Below are positions 23,968 to 37,964 of a stretch of DNA of 64,000 nucleotides, piece by piece (the stretch's first letter is position 1; every line of letters begins with the position of its first letter). The notes beneath the pieces are model-generated. The model was not told the origin of the DNA. It made no database searches and saw nothing but the letters and a program-made list of their open reading frames with translations. This DNA is from Octopus sinensis (lineage: Eukaryota). The position numbers and the translations under genes were made by a program. The stretch lies in the NCBI RefSeq assembly GCF_006345805.1, contig NC_042998.1, forward strand, positions 111,848,001-111,912,000, given 5' to 3'.

Positions 23968-24607
23968 CGTACATACATACGCAAACATACACACACACAT
24001 ACACATACAAACATACATATATACATACAAACACACATCCATCCATACATCCATCCATCCATCCATCCATCCATCCATCCATACATACATACATACATAC
24101 ATACATACATACATACATACATACATACATACATACATACACGCACACATGCATATGTGCATGTACACATATATTCTAAATGGCCATAACACAACGAACC
24201 GAAAATAAATAAACAAAACGAACTAAAAGACTCAAATTTATAAAATCGCTGAAATAGTATTGTGCTGCACCCGTCAAGAGGACAAGCGGCAACAGGTGGA
24301 CACAAACAAATCTCAACGTGTGGACAGCATACAGGAGGATTGCATCGTACATGTAAACAGCTGCAACACGCCTCTATGCGTGCCGGAGTGTACCTGCGCC
24401 TGTGTGTGCGCGTGTGTATGTGCGTGTAGATTTTGAGTCTTGTGTATAAGCTATATAAACACACCTGTAATTCGGTGAATATTCCCAAATTCAGCTACAA
24501 ATACAGGTAAACCAATACATGCATATATTTGAACATACCTGCACTTACATATTTATTTTTGTGTCTGTATCAGTGTTTGAACGACCTACACTAATGCATT
24601 ATGCATG

Positions 24608-24683
<76 letters not shown>

Positions 24684-24689
24684 AGATCG

Positions 24690-24882
24690 TTAGCTCCTAC
24701 ACGCATTTTTTTCTCTCCTTGTTTCTCTCCTTGTTTTTTTCTGTGTATCTTTCTGTCGAAGAGCGTAGGCTCGAAATGTAAAATACTTTTTCTATTTCTA
24801 TTCCTGAGCGCTATACTAATACATTTATTTGTTTGTACTCCACCTGCCTTCGTCTTTTGTTTATTTTCGTAAACTTTCCCGT

Positions 24883-24890
<8 letters not shown>
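24690..24890 (+). mobile_element. Putative Penelope-like terminal repeat with hammerhead-like motif at 24748-24785
   Basis: tcttt-CTGTCGA-a-gagc-gtag-gctc-GAAA-tg-TA-aaata; lies between (TA)n tracts. Confidence 0.5.
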
Positions 24891-24914
<24 letters not shown>

Positions 24915-24929
24915 CATGTATGTATGTAT

Positions 24930-25257
24930 GTCTTTGGCACTCCACCGGTTACCACGACGAGGGTTCCAGTCGATCAGATCCACGGAACAGCTTGCTCGTG
25001 AAATTAACGTGCATTTGGCTGAGCATTCCACAGACACGTGTACCCTGAACGTGGTTCTCAGGGAGATTCAGTGTTACACAAAGTGTGACATGGCTGGTCC
25101 TTTGAAATACAGGTACTACTCATTTTTTGCCAGCTGAGGGGATTGGAGCAAAGTGAAATAAAGTGTCTTCCTAAAGAACACAACGCGTCGTTGGGAATGG
25201 AACTCACGAACTTGCGATCGTGTGCTGAATACCCTAACCATTAAGTGACGCGCCTTC
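24930..25257 (-). mobile_element. SINE: family D head and centre with family B tail (T1)
   Basis: Tail matches 18240-18420; centre ctttaggaagacactttatttcac..cagctggcaaaaaatgag matches 5755-5810. Confidence 0.85.
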
Positions 25258-25424
25258 ATACACACACACATATACTGTATATACATACATATTATGGGGG
25301 GATGTATGTGTATATATATATCATATATATATATACGAGTATATATATATATATGTGTGTGTATGTATGTATATATATATATATTATATATATACCATGT
25401 GCAATAAATTATATATTTTACCTT

Positions 25425-25600
25425 TTACTTGTTTCAGTCATTAGAGTGCAGCCATGCTGGGGCACCGCATGGAAAAATTCCTTTTTAAGCCTGGTATTAT
25501 TCTATCGCTCTCTTGTGCCGAATCGTTATGGGAAAGTGAACACCGGTTGTGAAGTGGTGATGGTGGTGGGAACATAGACACAAAGACACACTCATACAGA
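25425..25600 (-). mobile_element. SINE family C 3' part
   Basis: acttgtttcagtcattagagtgcagccatgctggggcaccgc..attctatcg. Confidence 0.7.
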
Positions 25601-25734
25601 CAGACGCACACACACACACATACATATGCATGTATGTGTGCGCGCGCGCGCGCGCGCGTGTGTGTGTATACGTATGCACGCACTCACACACGTACACAAA
25701 CACATACACGAACACACAAACGCACACACATATG

Positions 25735-25929
25735 ATTCTTTTTTGAAACGGTGGATCTCGACGCGCATAAAACTACAAAACGATTAAAAATAGTGTTAAA
25801 TACTGGGTTAAAATCCCCTTTGGATAGAAAATATCAGACAGCTTTCGGTTTTTTGTATCTAAAGGGTTTCAAACCCAGTATTTACACGTTATATTTCACA
25901 GCTTTAGATTCACCTCTTCAAAAAAGAAT
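25735..25929. repeat. MITE-like foldback (about 195 bp)
   Basis: attcttttttgaa/ttcaaaaaagaat termini; core hairpin 25793-25887 with aaatactgggtt/aacccagtattt and ccctttggata/tatctaaaggg. Confidence 0.7.
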
Positions 25930-26929
25930 TATTTCACATTCTCCCGAAGTTAATAAAGTCTTATGACGCTAGTAACATACAATTCTCGCTGGTAAGAACT
26001 TTTCTACGATGGAGAGAAAAATTCGTTTTGGTCCAATTGTAGAACTTCTCTCATGCTTACAGGATATGTGAGCTCGAGTCACACGGGTTGTCTTCAACAG
26101 TTTCTATACCAAAGGTTTCTTTTAACCAAATATTTACAGGCTACCATTTATAGCATTATCTGCTTCTAGGTCTACCGTTCCAAAAAAGGATTTATTTTAT
26201 TTTACGTCTTCTCGAAGTTTATGAATTTTTCTATCGTCAACAATACACACACACACACACCACACGTATTCCTAAATATTTCAGCTAGAAACCTGTAGGT
26301 ATGTACTGATAGAAAATTCTTATGAACAACATATTAACCTCACAGCTTTTACGGAGCCAGTTAAAAATTTACTTAGAAGCTACACTAACTTCTAATCTTA
26401 ACGACTTGGTACAAGGCCTACGACTTGATACAATTCTAGACGCTCACTCGATATTCATATACATTCTCGCATATGTCTTGAGGTTGAGACGCTTTTGGAA
26501 AACAACTCGAGTCCGGCTACAGATCCGGCTTAGAGGAGTTCAATTACTATCGTTCAGAGGCAGCCTGGCACCACCGCTCTATCGAGCAAGTGCGCAAACC
26601 GTTGCTCTGATTCCGCGCTTCCTTTTCATACTCGACTGGGTAACCGTAGCCGAGTTGACGTCGCTGGAATCCGCCTAAGGTCTAGGAAAGCGTCGGCGGC
26701 TATGATGGATAATGCATGAGCACGCCGCCCACCTGATGTGCACCGAAGCCTCGACGACTCGAGGTGCCGCGTACGTGTGATGCACCGGTAGGATAAAACT
26801 AACCTGTCTCATGACAATCTAAGTCCAGTTCCACTTTCTTTAACAAAAACATTCTAAATAGACTTACGTGAACGTTTAACGAAGACAAATTGTGACTAAA
26901 ATGTGACCTATCTGAGCTCACTAAATACT

Positions 26930-27140
26930 TGAATCTTGGAAGGTCATTGGTGTTCAAGGGGAATTCTGGAGGTGACGTGTCGTCCATGGTCGAGACACAT
27001 TTTCGATTGCCAGATGTCAGTATAGAAGAGTTCGTCCAGTATTGTCCAGGATATCATCAACAACAACCTCAAGAAACCGATGAGGGCCATTGCCGAGCAG
27101 CTCAAGGTTACAGTGATTTGAAACACCTGGATTTCTACAC
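26930..27140 (+). pseudogene. Possible Tc1/mariner transposase N-terminal helix-turn-helix relic
   Basis: EEFV..QDIINNNLKKPMRAIAEQLKV across frameshifts resembles the SMR.IA.EL.VS motif. Confidence 0.4.
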
Positions 27141-27774
27141 CTGTGGCGACGTCAGTTGTGGGACAAGCTGACGACTTACGGCGTCAAAAACTCGATGGGT
27201 GAAGACTGCCACCGAGGGCAGTGCTTGCCTGAATGCATGGTACGGTGTAATTATGCTTCACATGTTCCCAGCATATAATCGCTTCTGTGATCTTGTCGGC
27301 CTGAAGGCGGTTATGTTAAAAGCCTATTTTTCGATGTGTAGAGTTAAACATGTGGGCTGATTCCCGATGTAAGTTTTCTAAACTTTTTGTTAGGTGACTC
27401 TGCGTTTTCTTGTATTTATTTTGTTCATAAATGCCCAATGTATCGTGTGTACGTGTGTACGTGCGTGCGCGCACGTGTGTATGCGTGCAAGTGTGTGTAT
27501 GTTTGTGTGAGTGTGGGAGCGTGTGCGTGCACGCGATATATGCTTACTTCTTTACCCATTGCAGAAAGGGACAGCGTCCCGTGAAGACTTACAATAAATA
27601 TAATAAGACCGCCACATGAGGTTGAATGCAAAGCATCCGGATCTTACATAGGGAATGAAGCAAGCGTATTTAAATACAACAGAAAAAAAAAATTCTTGTC
27701 TTACTGAGGGAGCGAAAATACCTTCGAAGTGGTGTAAAGGATATGGAGTTGGAAAGCTCAAAATACCTATGGGC

Positions 27775-27825
<51 letters not shown>

Positions 27826-28574
27826 TACGCGTATATACATACACACGCAGATGCGCATATATGCATTTCTTTTATCATGAATTCCGTTCACACGCTGCCA
27901 AGCACGTCATTAGATAGACAAGTGAGTGTTCTGGTTGTGTAGAAAGGTGTTCCCTGCCAGACACCATCTGTTACCTGACGGCGTTTCTTTACTTGCTTAT
28001 ATATATATATATTGTATTTTTTTCTTTCTTTGGTTTGTGTTATTGACTAAGTCTTGGTCACTGACACTCTTCTCACATCATCACATTTTCCAGCTTTACA
28101 CAAACCTTTACCGTATTAACCTTTGTAGTATTGCAGTGGTATTGTCGCTGAATGTAGTATTTGTTGCAGTTGTGGTTGTAGTAGTGGTGATGGTGGTTGT
28201 TGTAGTGGTTGAGATGGGGTAGATAGCAGAGGTGATAACAATAATTGTTGTTGCTGTAAAGCCACATGTCGGTCTTGATCCAGTTACTCTATATTACATC
28301 GTGGTCTGTTGTTATTGTTCTGTAACCTTATAAAAACTGAGTGACTTAATAATTTGGTGATTGTTGTTACGAGCGTTAGGTAACGGGTTCGATTCCTGGG
28401 CTGGATAGTACATTGTGACTTTAGACGAGGTACTTAATTTTACGTTGCTCCTGTCCATTCAGTCGAATTGTTGTGGCATCTGCCGTCTCGCATATTAGTA
28501 GCCTAAACTTTTGAAAATACAAAATATCAACGGTTCTGACTGATGGATCCCTGTAAACCCATACCTAGTCACAG

Positions 28575-28730
28575 ATCTATTGCTCTATGTACGCAATGTA
28601 TAGGTTCCCCAGCTGGACGGGACGCCGGTCCGTCGCAGGTGAGCAGCAAGATGCAGGAGGAAAGAGTGAAAGTTGTGGCGAAAGAGTCAGCAGAAGTTCG
28701 CCATTAACTTCTGCCGAAGCCGCGTGGTCC
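28575..28730 (-). mobile_element. SINE fragment: family B centre with a different tail (T3)
   Basis: Minus strand ctgctgactctttcgccacaactttcactct (as 18190-18230) followed by cctgcgacggaccggcgtcccgtccag. Confidence 0.6.
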
Positions 28731-29226
28731 AGAGTCCGTAAGAGCGGGATTTTGCCGTACATCAACCTGGGTTCCAGGGAATCAAAAAGGGCCCATGGTT
28801 ATCTCTCGGATAGCTCCTTAAAAGATAAAATATTATTTCATAGCTCCCTCGAATTTTGAGTGACCTTTCACACCTGGACCCGAAAACAGTTTTCTTTTGC
28901 CTTGTAGTAGAAATAATCATATGAGCATCAGTGTCTGCTATGGCATACATACCATTAATTCTTACCTTCTTGATGGAATAGTAGAGGTACCGTAATAAAA
29001 TACGGCGTTTCTTTGCTTTTTTTGGAAGACTCACACAAGTACAGGATTGGTACCCTTTTTTTTTTCTATCGGTGAGGAAAAACAAAGCAGAACATGGTGG
29101 AATTTGAAAAGAAAGCAAAGGGGGTCTGGAATTATTGGAGCTAAGCAATATATACGACGTTCTAACGACTTTTCTAACAGATCGCTTGTTACTGTATATC
29201 CCTGGCTGAATCGTTAGAGTGTTGGT

Positions 29227-29528
29227 AAATTTCTTTCTTCCTTCTTCTTCTTTCTTCTTCTTCTTCTTCTTCTTCTTCTTCTTCTTCTTCTTCTTCTTCT
29301 TCTTCTTCTTCTTCTTCTTCTTCTTCTTTCTTCTTCTTCTTCTTCTTCTTCTTCTTCTTCTTCTTCTTCTTCGTCTTTTCTTCTTCTTCTTCCTTCTTCT
29401 TCTTCTTCTTCGTCTCTTCTTCTTCTTCTTCTTCTTCTTCTTCTTCTTCTTCTTCTTCTTCTTCTTCTTCTTCTTCTTCTTCTTCTTCTTCTTCTTCTTC
29501 TTCTTCTCCTCCTCCTCCTCCTTCTTCT
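29227..29528. repeat. (TTC)n, about 300 bp
   Basis: Direct inspection; explains the poly-E, poly-F and poly-L ORFs. Confidence 0.97.
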
Positions 29529-30529
29529 CTAAAACATTCTGTTATATACATAGGAACATAGATTTACACACACATTGACACATACACGCATACACGCACC
29601 CATATCGTCGCTGTATCCAGATAATATCAGCAGTTACTTAATTTGCCCTAATACGCCGCTGAAATCATGGAAATAAAAATTTACAACTGCTTTAAAAAGG
29701 CATTATGTTCTAGACGAGTACACAAAAATGTGATTTTTCATTTTGTGCAGCGCGACACAAGGCATTTTACACAAGAAGCATAAATAGAACAGGTTTTACA
29801 ATAAACAAATCTGTGAAAAGAGATTTACTGCGTGGCTCTCATGAATTGTAGTACTCATCTGTGATGGAAAGAACAAAGAACGGCGAGTCGAAGCTAAATA
29901 CTTTGATATTGCTTCATTGTGAGAAATGCTACACATTCTTGATGGAGGACAATAAAATATTGAACTGACTCCAGTACTTGACTGGTATTTATATTATTGA
30001 GCAGAGAAGATGAAAAACAAAGTCGATTCCGGCTGGTCATGAAATTCGGCTGCACTGATGTAAGATACAGTGACTAACAAACATATTTATACTTCACATA
30101 TGTATGCCACAAGGATCGAATGCCCCTGGTCACAGAATCGATGAACATTATACAAACTCATAAAACCCGCTTTTAGGCTGTATAAGAAAGAAAAAAATTA
30201 CCAAATTGTAAAACGAAATTCCTTCATTAGAACAAGTTATAAGCCAGCAATTTCAGGACATACTTCGAACTACCAATAAAATTTATAAATTTCAACGCAA
30301 ATGCGAGGGTTGTGAGTTTCCTAAATAATGCTAGTCACACGAATGCAGCACTTTTCTGACGTTTACCTATGCACAAAAAGAAGCCATCACAACACACTAA
30401 ACTCTGGGGAAATTTGCTATCGTTTTCTATTCCCGTTTCTGACAAGAGAAATATATCAATGTAAGAGATTACATTGATATATTTACATTGACATATCAGT
30501 GTAAATGCATCAATGTAATCTCACCAAGC

Positions 30530-30745
30530 AATCTCATCTCATTAGAATATTTGAGATGGTAATGAGATCAAGAATATCTGGCTTCATGGAGAGCAACAGT
30601 CTGTTAAATTCCAGCCAGCGTATCTTCCGATGTGGCGAAAGACCGTTGACATTTCAATTGTTTTGAATGAAGGTCCAAGTTTTAATGGCATATAGCTTGA
30701 TTTCAGCAATGCCTTTGACAAATGCAATCACAGTATTTTGTTACA
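30530..30745 (+). pseudogene. CR1/L2-type RT fragment
   Basis: SHLIRIFEMVMRSRISGFMESNSLLNSSQR.FR and *LDFSNAFDKCNHSILL. Confidence 0.65.
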
Positions 30746-31377
30746 CACACACACATGCATTTCTATTCCCGTTTCCGACAAGAGAAATATATCAATGTAA
30801 GAGATTACTGCTAGGAGTTGTAATTGCTGCTAATCATTACTGAACGATTGTTGAAGTAGAATTTCGGTAAAGTTACAGTAAGTATTGTATAGCAGAGCTA
30901 TCAACTGATGCTTTAAAATCAACTAATAGGGACTTAGGTTGATAATAGCAATATGAAAGCTCAGTCCTTTATTAAGACTTATAATGGACTGCTTCTGTAC
31001 ATTCACTGCTTTTGAGACACAAAGGCAGCATTGCTCACTCCGAATGGATAAAAAGGAGCTTTGTATAGTATGCTCCAGTTTATACCACGCAAGCAATTTC
31101 TCTGGTTCAGAAACTAAATTTATTTACAGGAGTACCAGTAAGTTCCCCAGCAATTCCGCTTAATCACATTTTCCATTTTCTCAATGAGGCTTCGCATAAA
31201 AGCTTTCTTAATGCAATGTTATTTATATAAAAGTTGTTGCTTTTCCTATCCTCAGCTGTTTGATTTTCGTCTATAGATATAGCCTAACAATGTGATTTTA
31301 CAGCTAAATGTACAAATGAAAGAAAAGAGAACTCAATACATGCCATGAAAGTTGAATATTTGCTTGGGCAATTTGTA

Positions 31378-31496
<119 letters not shown>

Positions 31497-31812
31497 GTGG
31501 GTGGGAGAGGGCTATCTCAAGTATATGCATCTATAGAGCCAAAACTTATATTTGATATATTGTTGATGTATGAACAACTACAACAAAGGTTTCTCTTTGA
31601 AGTTAAGAACTATTGAAATAAATTCTATGCAACTTTAACTTTAACTGTTGGTGTCTAAGTACCATATTCAGAAAACAAGAACAAAAGTGTTCTTTGAATT
31701 GATACAGAAGAAAACATATGCACAACCACAATACAAAACTACGTACAAAGTTGTGTAGGCATAAATACGTACGCGTGCAGGCACATACACGCGCACGCGC
31801 ACACATACATTC

Positions 31813-31843
<31 letters not shown>

Positions 31844-32530
31844 CATTAGAATGTATGTATGTATATATATATGTATATATATTAATGCGTATGCACACTC
31901 GTTTATGTGTGTATGCGAATATATGTGCATGCGTGTATGCGTGAGTATATGTATTCATATATACATATATATACATACGTACGTACGTACGCACATACAT
32001 ACATACATACATACATACATACATACATACATACATACATACATGTGTATCATACATATATATATATATGTATTACATATAATATATATTTCCCTAAATA
32101 TTTATATGCTGCTATATGTTTATACATGTATGTACACGTGTGTGTGTATATATTCATCCATGCATACATATACTCACAGGCGCGCACACTCACATACACA
32201 CACACACACATATTCACAAGCGCATACACACAACTCACATATCCACTCAATCAAGCAAATGCAAAAGAAAACATTGGCTGATTCACAAAAATAATAAAAG
32301 TACAATTGCGCAATTTATTGCCATGCAATGCACGTTGCTCTCGTTCATTCATTCTTTTATCTTTTACTGTTGCACTTAATTCTTTTATCCACACACTTCC
32401 TTTTACTTGCCTCCGTCCCCACTTCCTTCTCTTTCCCTCCCCATCTCCTTCCTATTATCATACGTTCTTTCTCAAAGAATCGACACAATTTAAAAGAACT
32501 GGGTCACCAATATATTTTAAGTTGAATAAA

Positions 32531-32740
32531 AGCGGCGAGCTGGCAGAGTCGTTAGCACGCCGGACAAAATGTTTAACGGCAATTCGTTCGTCTTTACGTT
32601 CTGTGATCAAATTCTGCCGAGGGTGACTTTATCTTTCATCTCTTTTGGAGTCGATAAAATAAGTACCAGTTGAGTATTGGGGTGAATGTAATTGACTTAC
32701 ATCTCTCTCCTGAAATTCCTGGCATTGTGTCAAAATTTGA
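32531..32740 (+). mobile_element. SINE family A
   Basis: gcggcgagctggcagagtcgttagcacgccgg..caaattctgccgagg..aaaatttgaaacc. Confidence 0.85.
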
Positions 32741-33182
32741 AACCAATATATTTAAAATACAAAACAAATAAAAAGAAAACAATATCTCGGTTTGATGATT
32801 GAGTCAGTAGATTAAAGGATATAATTTAATGTTATCTCGTTTCGTCTCTTTACGTTTTGAGTTCAAATTCTTCGTAGGTCCGAGTTGCCTTTCATCCTTC
32901 CGAGGAGACGAAAGTAGATGAGAGCGTGTTTATAAAATAGGTAATAAGTACAAGGATGATTATAGTCAGTTATATCGCTGAAAGCAATGTTCTAGCATGG
33001 GCTCAGTCCAATTACTTAATCCAGTTAATGAATAAAGAAAAAAAAACGAATATGAAAAACTTCTAAGTATAGGTTTTGTGGGAGATATAGAGTTTATAAA
33101 GGGACGTTGTTATTTTATTTACGTATTTATATATTTTAGATTTCCACAGCATTCCACAGAATTTTAATATCCTTTGGGAATC

Positions 33183-33305
33183 CGCTCATAAGGCTTTGGT
33201 TGGGCCGAGGCTATAGTAAAAGACACCCAAGTTGCCACGCAGTCAGACCGAACTAGGAACCATGTGGCTGTGAAGCGAGCTACTTACCACGCATCCACGC
33301 CTGCG
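33183..33305 (-). mobile_element. SINE family C 5' part
   Basis: aaggctttggttgggccgaggctatag..aaccatgtggctg..cttaccacgc. Confidence 0.75.
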
Positions 33306-34351
33306 CCGTTGTTGCGGCCAGATGACTAACACTGAACGTGTTGATCAAGTGACACATTCTTGAATCTGAGGAATTTTCCCGAAATAATCACCCCGATACG
33401 TGCTTCTTTCCACTGGTACAAAACAGTCATGGATTAGATTGTAATGAAGTAGATCAGATTCTATTATATCTTAAGGCCAAAAATTTACAATGAGAACAGA
33501 AGCATCGATGACACTTAAAAAACAAAAAATGGTTATAAAAAGGATACGATTGCGGGCTTGTTAATGCCATCGTACTTCATGAATGTAGGTAAGGAAAAGA
33601 AAAGGTGTATGATTAATATTACTTTAATCTGATAATGACAAAAAAGGATGACAATTGTAGACATGTTTCGATCTTATTAAACCCTTCCGCAAAGCATATT
33701 ATTCACCGCACTTGACAACATAGTGGTAAGATAATTTGTTTATTGAATAACAATATACACAAGTAGGTGTAAGAATTATTGTTATGACTGACAGAAATTA
33801 TCCTTGAAACTCAAACTGCCCAAGCAAATAACAGTCAAGTTGCAGAGACGGAATAGTAGAATTTGTATAACATGTACAGGTATTGCTACAGATGAGATGT
33901 TTAAAACAATTTAAAATAATCATTTACGCTATATTTCATACACGCATCCACACAAGCAGAACTGAGAAAAGAACAAAATCGCCAGAGCATATCTCTGACA
34001 AGACTGCCTATCGACGCTACCGTGTAAGTAGAATTTATTTTAAAATGGTTATAACCTCACCCTCATAGTACAGCTATGCCAATAGCGGCCTATCGTCCCA
34101 AGGCATCTACAGTATGCTGTGGAAATGCATCAGGGACCAAGTTGCGGAAGTAAGATGAAAGTTTTTGGTAGTTCATAACAGACTGTACCTTAACGAAATA
34201 AGCGAAAAGTGGATATTACAGATTTGTAGATGATTGTAAATGGCTAAAATGATTCTTTTACGATTAAGAAGCTCACACTCTTTCTCATTCTCCCTCACCC
34301 TCTAACACTCTCTCACTTTCTGTTTCTCTCTCTATCTCTCATGAACATATG

Positions 34352-34424
<73 letters not shown>

Positions 34425-34425
<1 letters not shown>

Positions 34426-34740
34426 AACTGGGACAAGAACGCAAAACATTTAGAAGACGATACAAAAAACATGGACGGGACATTCGAAGCCTTCAATCTT
34501 CAGTCAAGAACCGGATCAACCTCGCAATTTCGGTTGATTAATCTTGAGATTGCTCTGATCTGGCCAGCTGCAATGAAATTCTAAGCCAAGCGCATTAGAT
34601 TCCTTGGAAGAAAGCCTCGAATGTATACAAAACAAAGACGGAAAAACGGACAATGTTACACGAATATGAATACAAAAATACGTAAAAACAATAATAATAA
34701 TACGTAAAAACAATAATTATAATAATAATATCAAAAACAG
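34425..34740 (-). mobile_element. Repeat family P1, copy 2
   Basis: Homologous to 23575-23715 and 48955-49230. Confidence 0.6.
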
Positions 34741-35489
34741 GACGTCACAAACTGGCGTCTTTCGACAGGACGAATAAACTTTGAGCTGGCGTGTTAGAAA
34801 AATGCCTTAGGGCAGAGAGAAAAAAATGTGTCTTGCCGCGACGACTGCTAAGCACAAAAGGCCGGTAATCGGTCAGTCAGTCACGTGTGAGGAGAAGAGA
34901 GACAGAGGAATTAGAGAGGGGGAGAAGAGAGAGAAAAAAGGGGAACAAGGAACCAAGGAGGAGGAGAAGAGAGAGAGAGCGAGAAAGAGACAGATCAAAG
35001 TGAAGTGCAAAGTGAGAAAGGCAGAGAAATGTCGGAGAGGGGGGAGAGACAGTGTTATAGAGTCGTACCAAGTTTAAAGAAATATGTACAACAAAGAGGT
35101 ACAGGTGTCAATTCATTACGGCCGTTTCTAACGACTCGTTTAATTGATTAATGAGAACATTACGTCATTGCATAGAAGCCGTTTTCGTCAGATGAATTTA
35201 TGATCTTCAAACATAAAGGACAGTTCAACTTATTCAACAGAGTTGACAAATTCACGGAGTAAAAATATTTACATAGATCTTGCTACCAAGATCAAAGCGG
35301 AAACGTGAAAGCAGCAGCGGAGGAGGAGTTGTCCTCAACAGACGCAGCAGCGGTGGAGGAAGAGGTGGCGGCCGCAGTATCCGCAACAAGCACTCAAAGA
35401 AGTCGAAGAAATCCAGAAAATACTTATCAGAATAAACTTATCAGAATAGTGTATATTTGCTCAGAACAAACAAGAATTTAGGGATTATT

Positions 35490-35850
35490 AGACTTTGCCG
35501 ACTCTGCCGTTAAAGTCCCCCCCCCCCACGCGACGAGTTTGTCGTGCGCGAGGACTGTCTGGATGGTGCGATCCAGCAGGTTGTAGTACGAGCCTTGACG
35601 TCGTCTTCAGATATGAGGGTAAGGGCATACACAGAGATCAGCGTAAGAAATATGTCCCGAATGAGTGGGATCTGAACAGTCATCAGGCGCTCATTGACGG
35701 CAGTTTGGACGAGTCTGTGTTGATCCACGAGTTGCGTTTTGATGGCAAGGCCAATTCCATGGATGCGTGGTTCATTAGGATTCTTCCCCTTGCCCTCTTC
35801 CGCCGGAGTCAATCCTTGGGGGCTTGAGACAGCTCTCCTCCGCTTGCTCC
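35490..35850 (-). pseudogene. RTE APE endonuclease fragment
   Basis: EPRIHGIGLAIK..VNERLMTVQIPL..LISVYALTL.SEDDVK and PHDKLV..GDFNGRVG. Confidence 0.8.
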
Positions 35851-37375
35851 GCCATTGGGGGTTTTGATGTTAGTATTTGGTCGTGTTTAGTATGGGACCT
35901 CATCCTCGACCTTGCCGCTATGGTTGGCCCTACCAGACGGTATCGTTCTCAGAATCATTGGAACACATGTGGTTGGTAGGCAAGCTACTTACCACACAGC
36001 AACTCCTATAAATGATATATAAAAAAAACTATATAAAAGAATATATTTAAAAAATTGTAAAGAATATATGTTAAAGTATAAGAACTATAAAAATAAGAAA
36101 TAAAAGAATATAAAAATATAAGAAAAATATAGAAAAAATATAGAAAAATATAAAATTAATGTTAGTGTCTGGTCGTGTTTAGTCTGGGACCTCATCCTCG
36201 ACCTTGCTGCCATGGGTGTGTCCTACCAGGAGTCTAAGACTCAACATGGTATTGCCTTCAGAATCATTGGAACAGACAAGCTCTTCCACCACGACAAAAA
36301 TATATGGAAAGTTATAAAGGTATATATGTATAGAAAAAATCATGACAAGATCTTTATTATAAAGATATATAAAATGATATAAAAAATAATATAAAAGATA
36401 TATAAGAAATATATATATGTATAGAATACATTATAACGATCTTTATTTTAAATAAAGAGACTGAAATTGAAATAGATATACCAGAATTTAATATAAATAA
36501 CGCTAAAAGTGAAAAAGGGTTTTACAAATGTATATAATAAAAATACATAAAGATAAAAAAGTAATTATATATCTTAGATGGATATATTGTGTACTTAGGG
36601 GAGGTGCGAGATATACTACTAGTAAAGATATAAACATATTTTTTATCACCATATATGAAGAAAATTGATTTAGGAATACATATTGTTATAAGGAGACATA
36701 TATATATATATATATAATATAGGATAAAATATTTCGAAAAAATTCTATCAATGGTCAGCATATTAAAAAATACCTTTAAAGGTTAAATTTATAAACAACT
36801 TATAAACAAGGTCAAAAGAAAAAATTCTAATGCCAAATATGCCGGAAATAGGCAAATCGTCAACAACCATGTAATTTATCATTTATAAGTTGTATATATA
36901 TATATATATATATATATATACAACTTATAATACATAATATATATATGATCAAGTAAATTATATTTGAGGAGAATCGTATGTAGAAAGAGTTATAATTCAA
37001 ACTGTTACCTCATGAAACACGTCTGTTTATTCTAGATTTCCAAAGTATATTTGTAACTGATATGGTTTATGTGAGAGTTGAAATTACTGGAGAATACCGT
37101 TAGATGATGGAAAAATATTTATTGCAGAGTAATTAAATATTAAAATAGAAAACTGGAATTTGTTTTAGCATTGTTTATTCCGTATTACAACTATTTTAAT
37201 TCTCACCCTGATTAATTACAAATAGGAGATGTCTCTACATGATTTTCTATATGTATATCTTCGTAACTCCTATCAGTAAAGGAAACATATCTAGTACGGA
37301 ATGAATAATACCAAATTAATTTTAAGTTTGCTGCTTAATACACAACACACACATACACACATACGCACGTGAATA

Positions 37376-37420
<45 letters not shown>

Positions 37421-37443
37421 TATATATATATAGGCGTAGCATC

Positions 37444-37602
37444 GGCGCTGGTATGACTGTGTGGAAAGAATTTTGCTTCCCAACCATATAGTTCCAGGTT
37501 CACTTCCATTGCGTGGCCCCTACGGCATGAGCCTCCTACTATAGCCTCGGGTTAACCGAAGTCTTGTAGGGGGATTTGGTAGATGGAAACAGAGAGAAGC
37601 CC

Positions 37603-37650
<48 letters not shown>

Positions 37651-37930
37651 GTGTGTGTGTGTGTATGTGTGTCTGTGTGTGTCTGTGTGTCAGTGCATGT
37701 GTGCGTGCTTGTGTGTGTGTGTGTGTGTCTTTGAGTATGTATTTATCCCTCACCACCGCTTCATAACTGGTGTAGGTGTGTTTACGCTCCTGTAATGTAG
37801 CGGTGCGGCAAAAGAAACCGATAGTATAAGCACCTAACTTCTCAAAAAAAAAGTACTGGGCTCGATTCGTTAGACTAAAATTCTTCAAGGCGGTGCACCA
37901 GCATGGCGGGAGTCTAATGACTGAAACAAG
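37444..37930 (+). mobile_element. SINE family C, full length
   Basis: Head, ctactatagcctcggg, TA/TG tract, tail ending aatgactgaaacaag. Confidence 0.8.
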
Positions 37931-37964
37931 AATATATGTCTATATCTAATCTATCTATCTATCT

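Noticed and set aside
29189-29578. Poly-Glu/Lys and poly-Phe/Leu ORFs
   Set aside because: Translation of a (TTC)n microsatellite.
33883-34155. 61-aa ORF with good splice donors (cgt|gtaagt, gaa|gtaaga)
   Set aside because: No recognisable protein motif and no supporting neighbouring exon.
36955-37030. ttgagga...gaaacacgtc hammerhead-like string
   Set aside because: C3 is absent, helix I is unconvincing and helix III is not palindromic.
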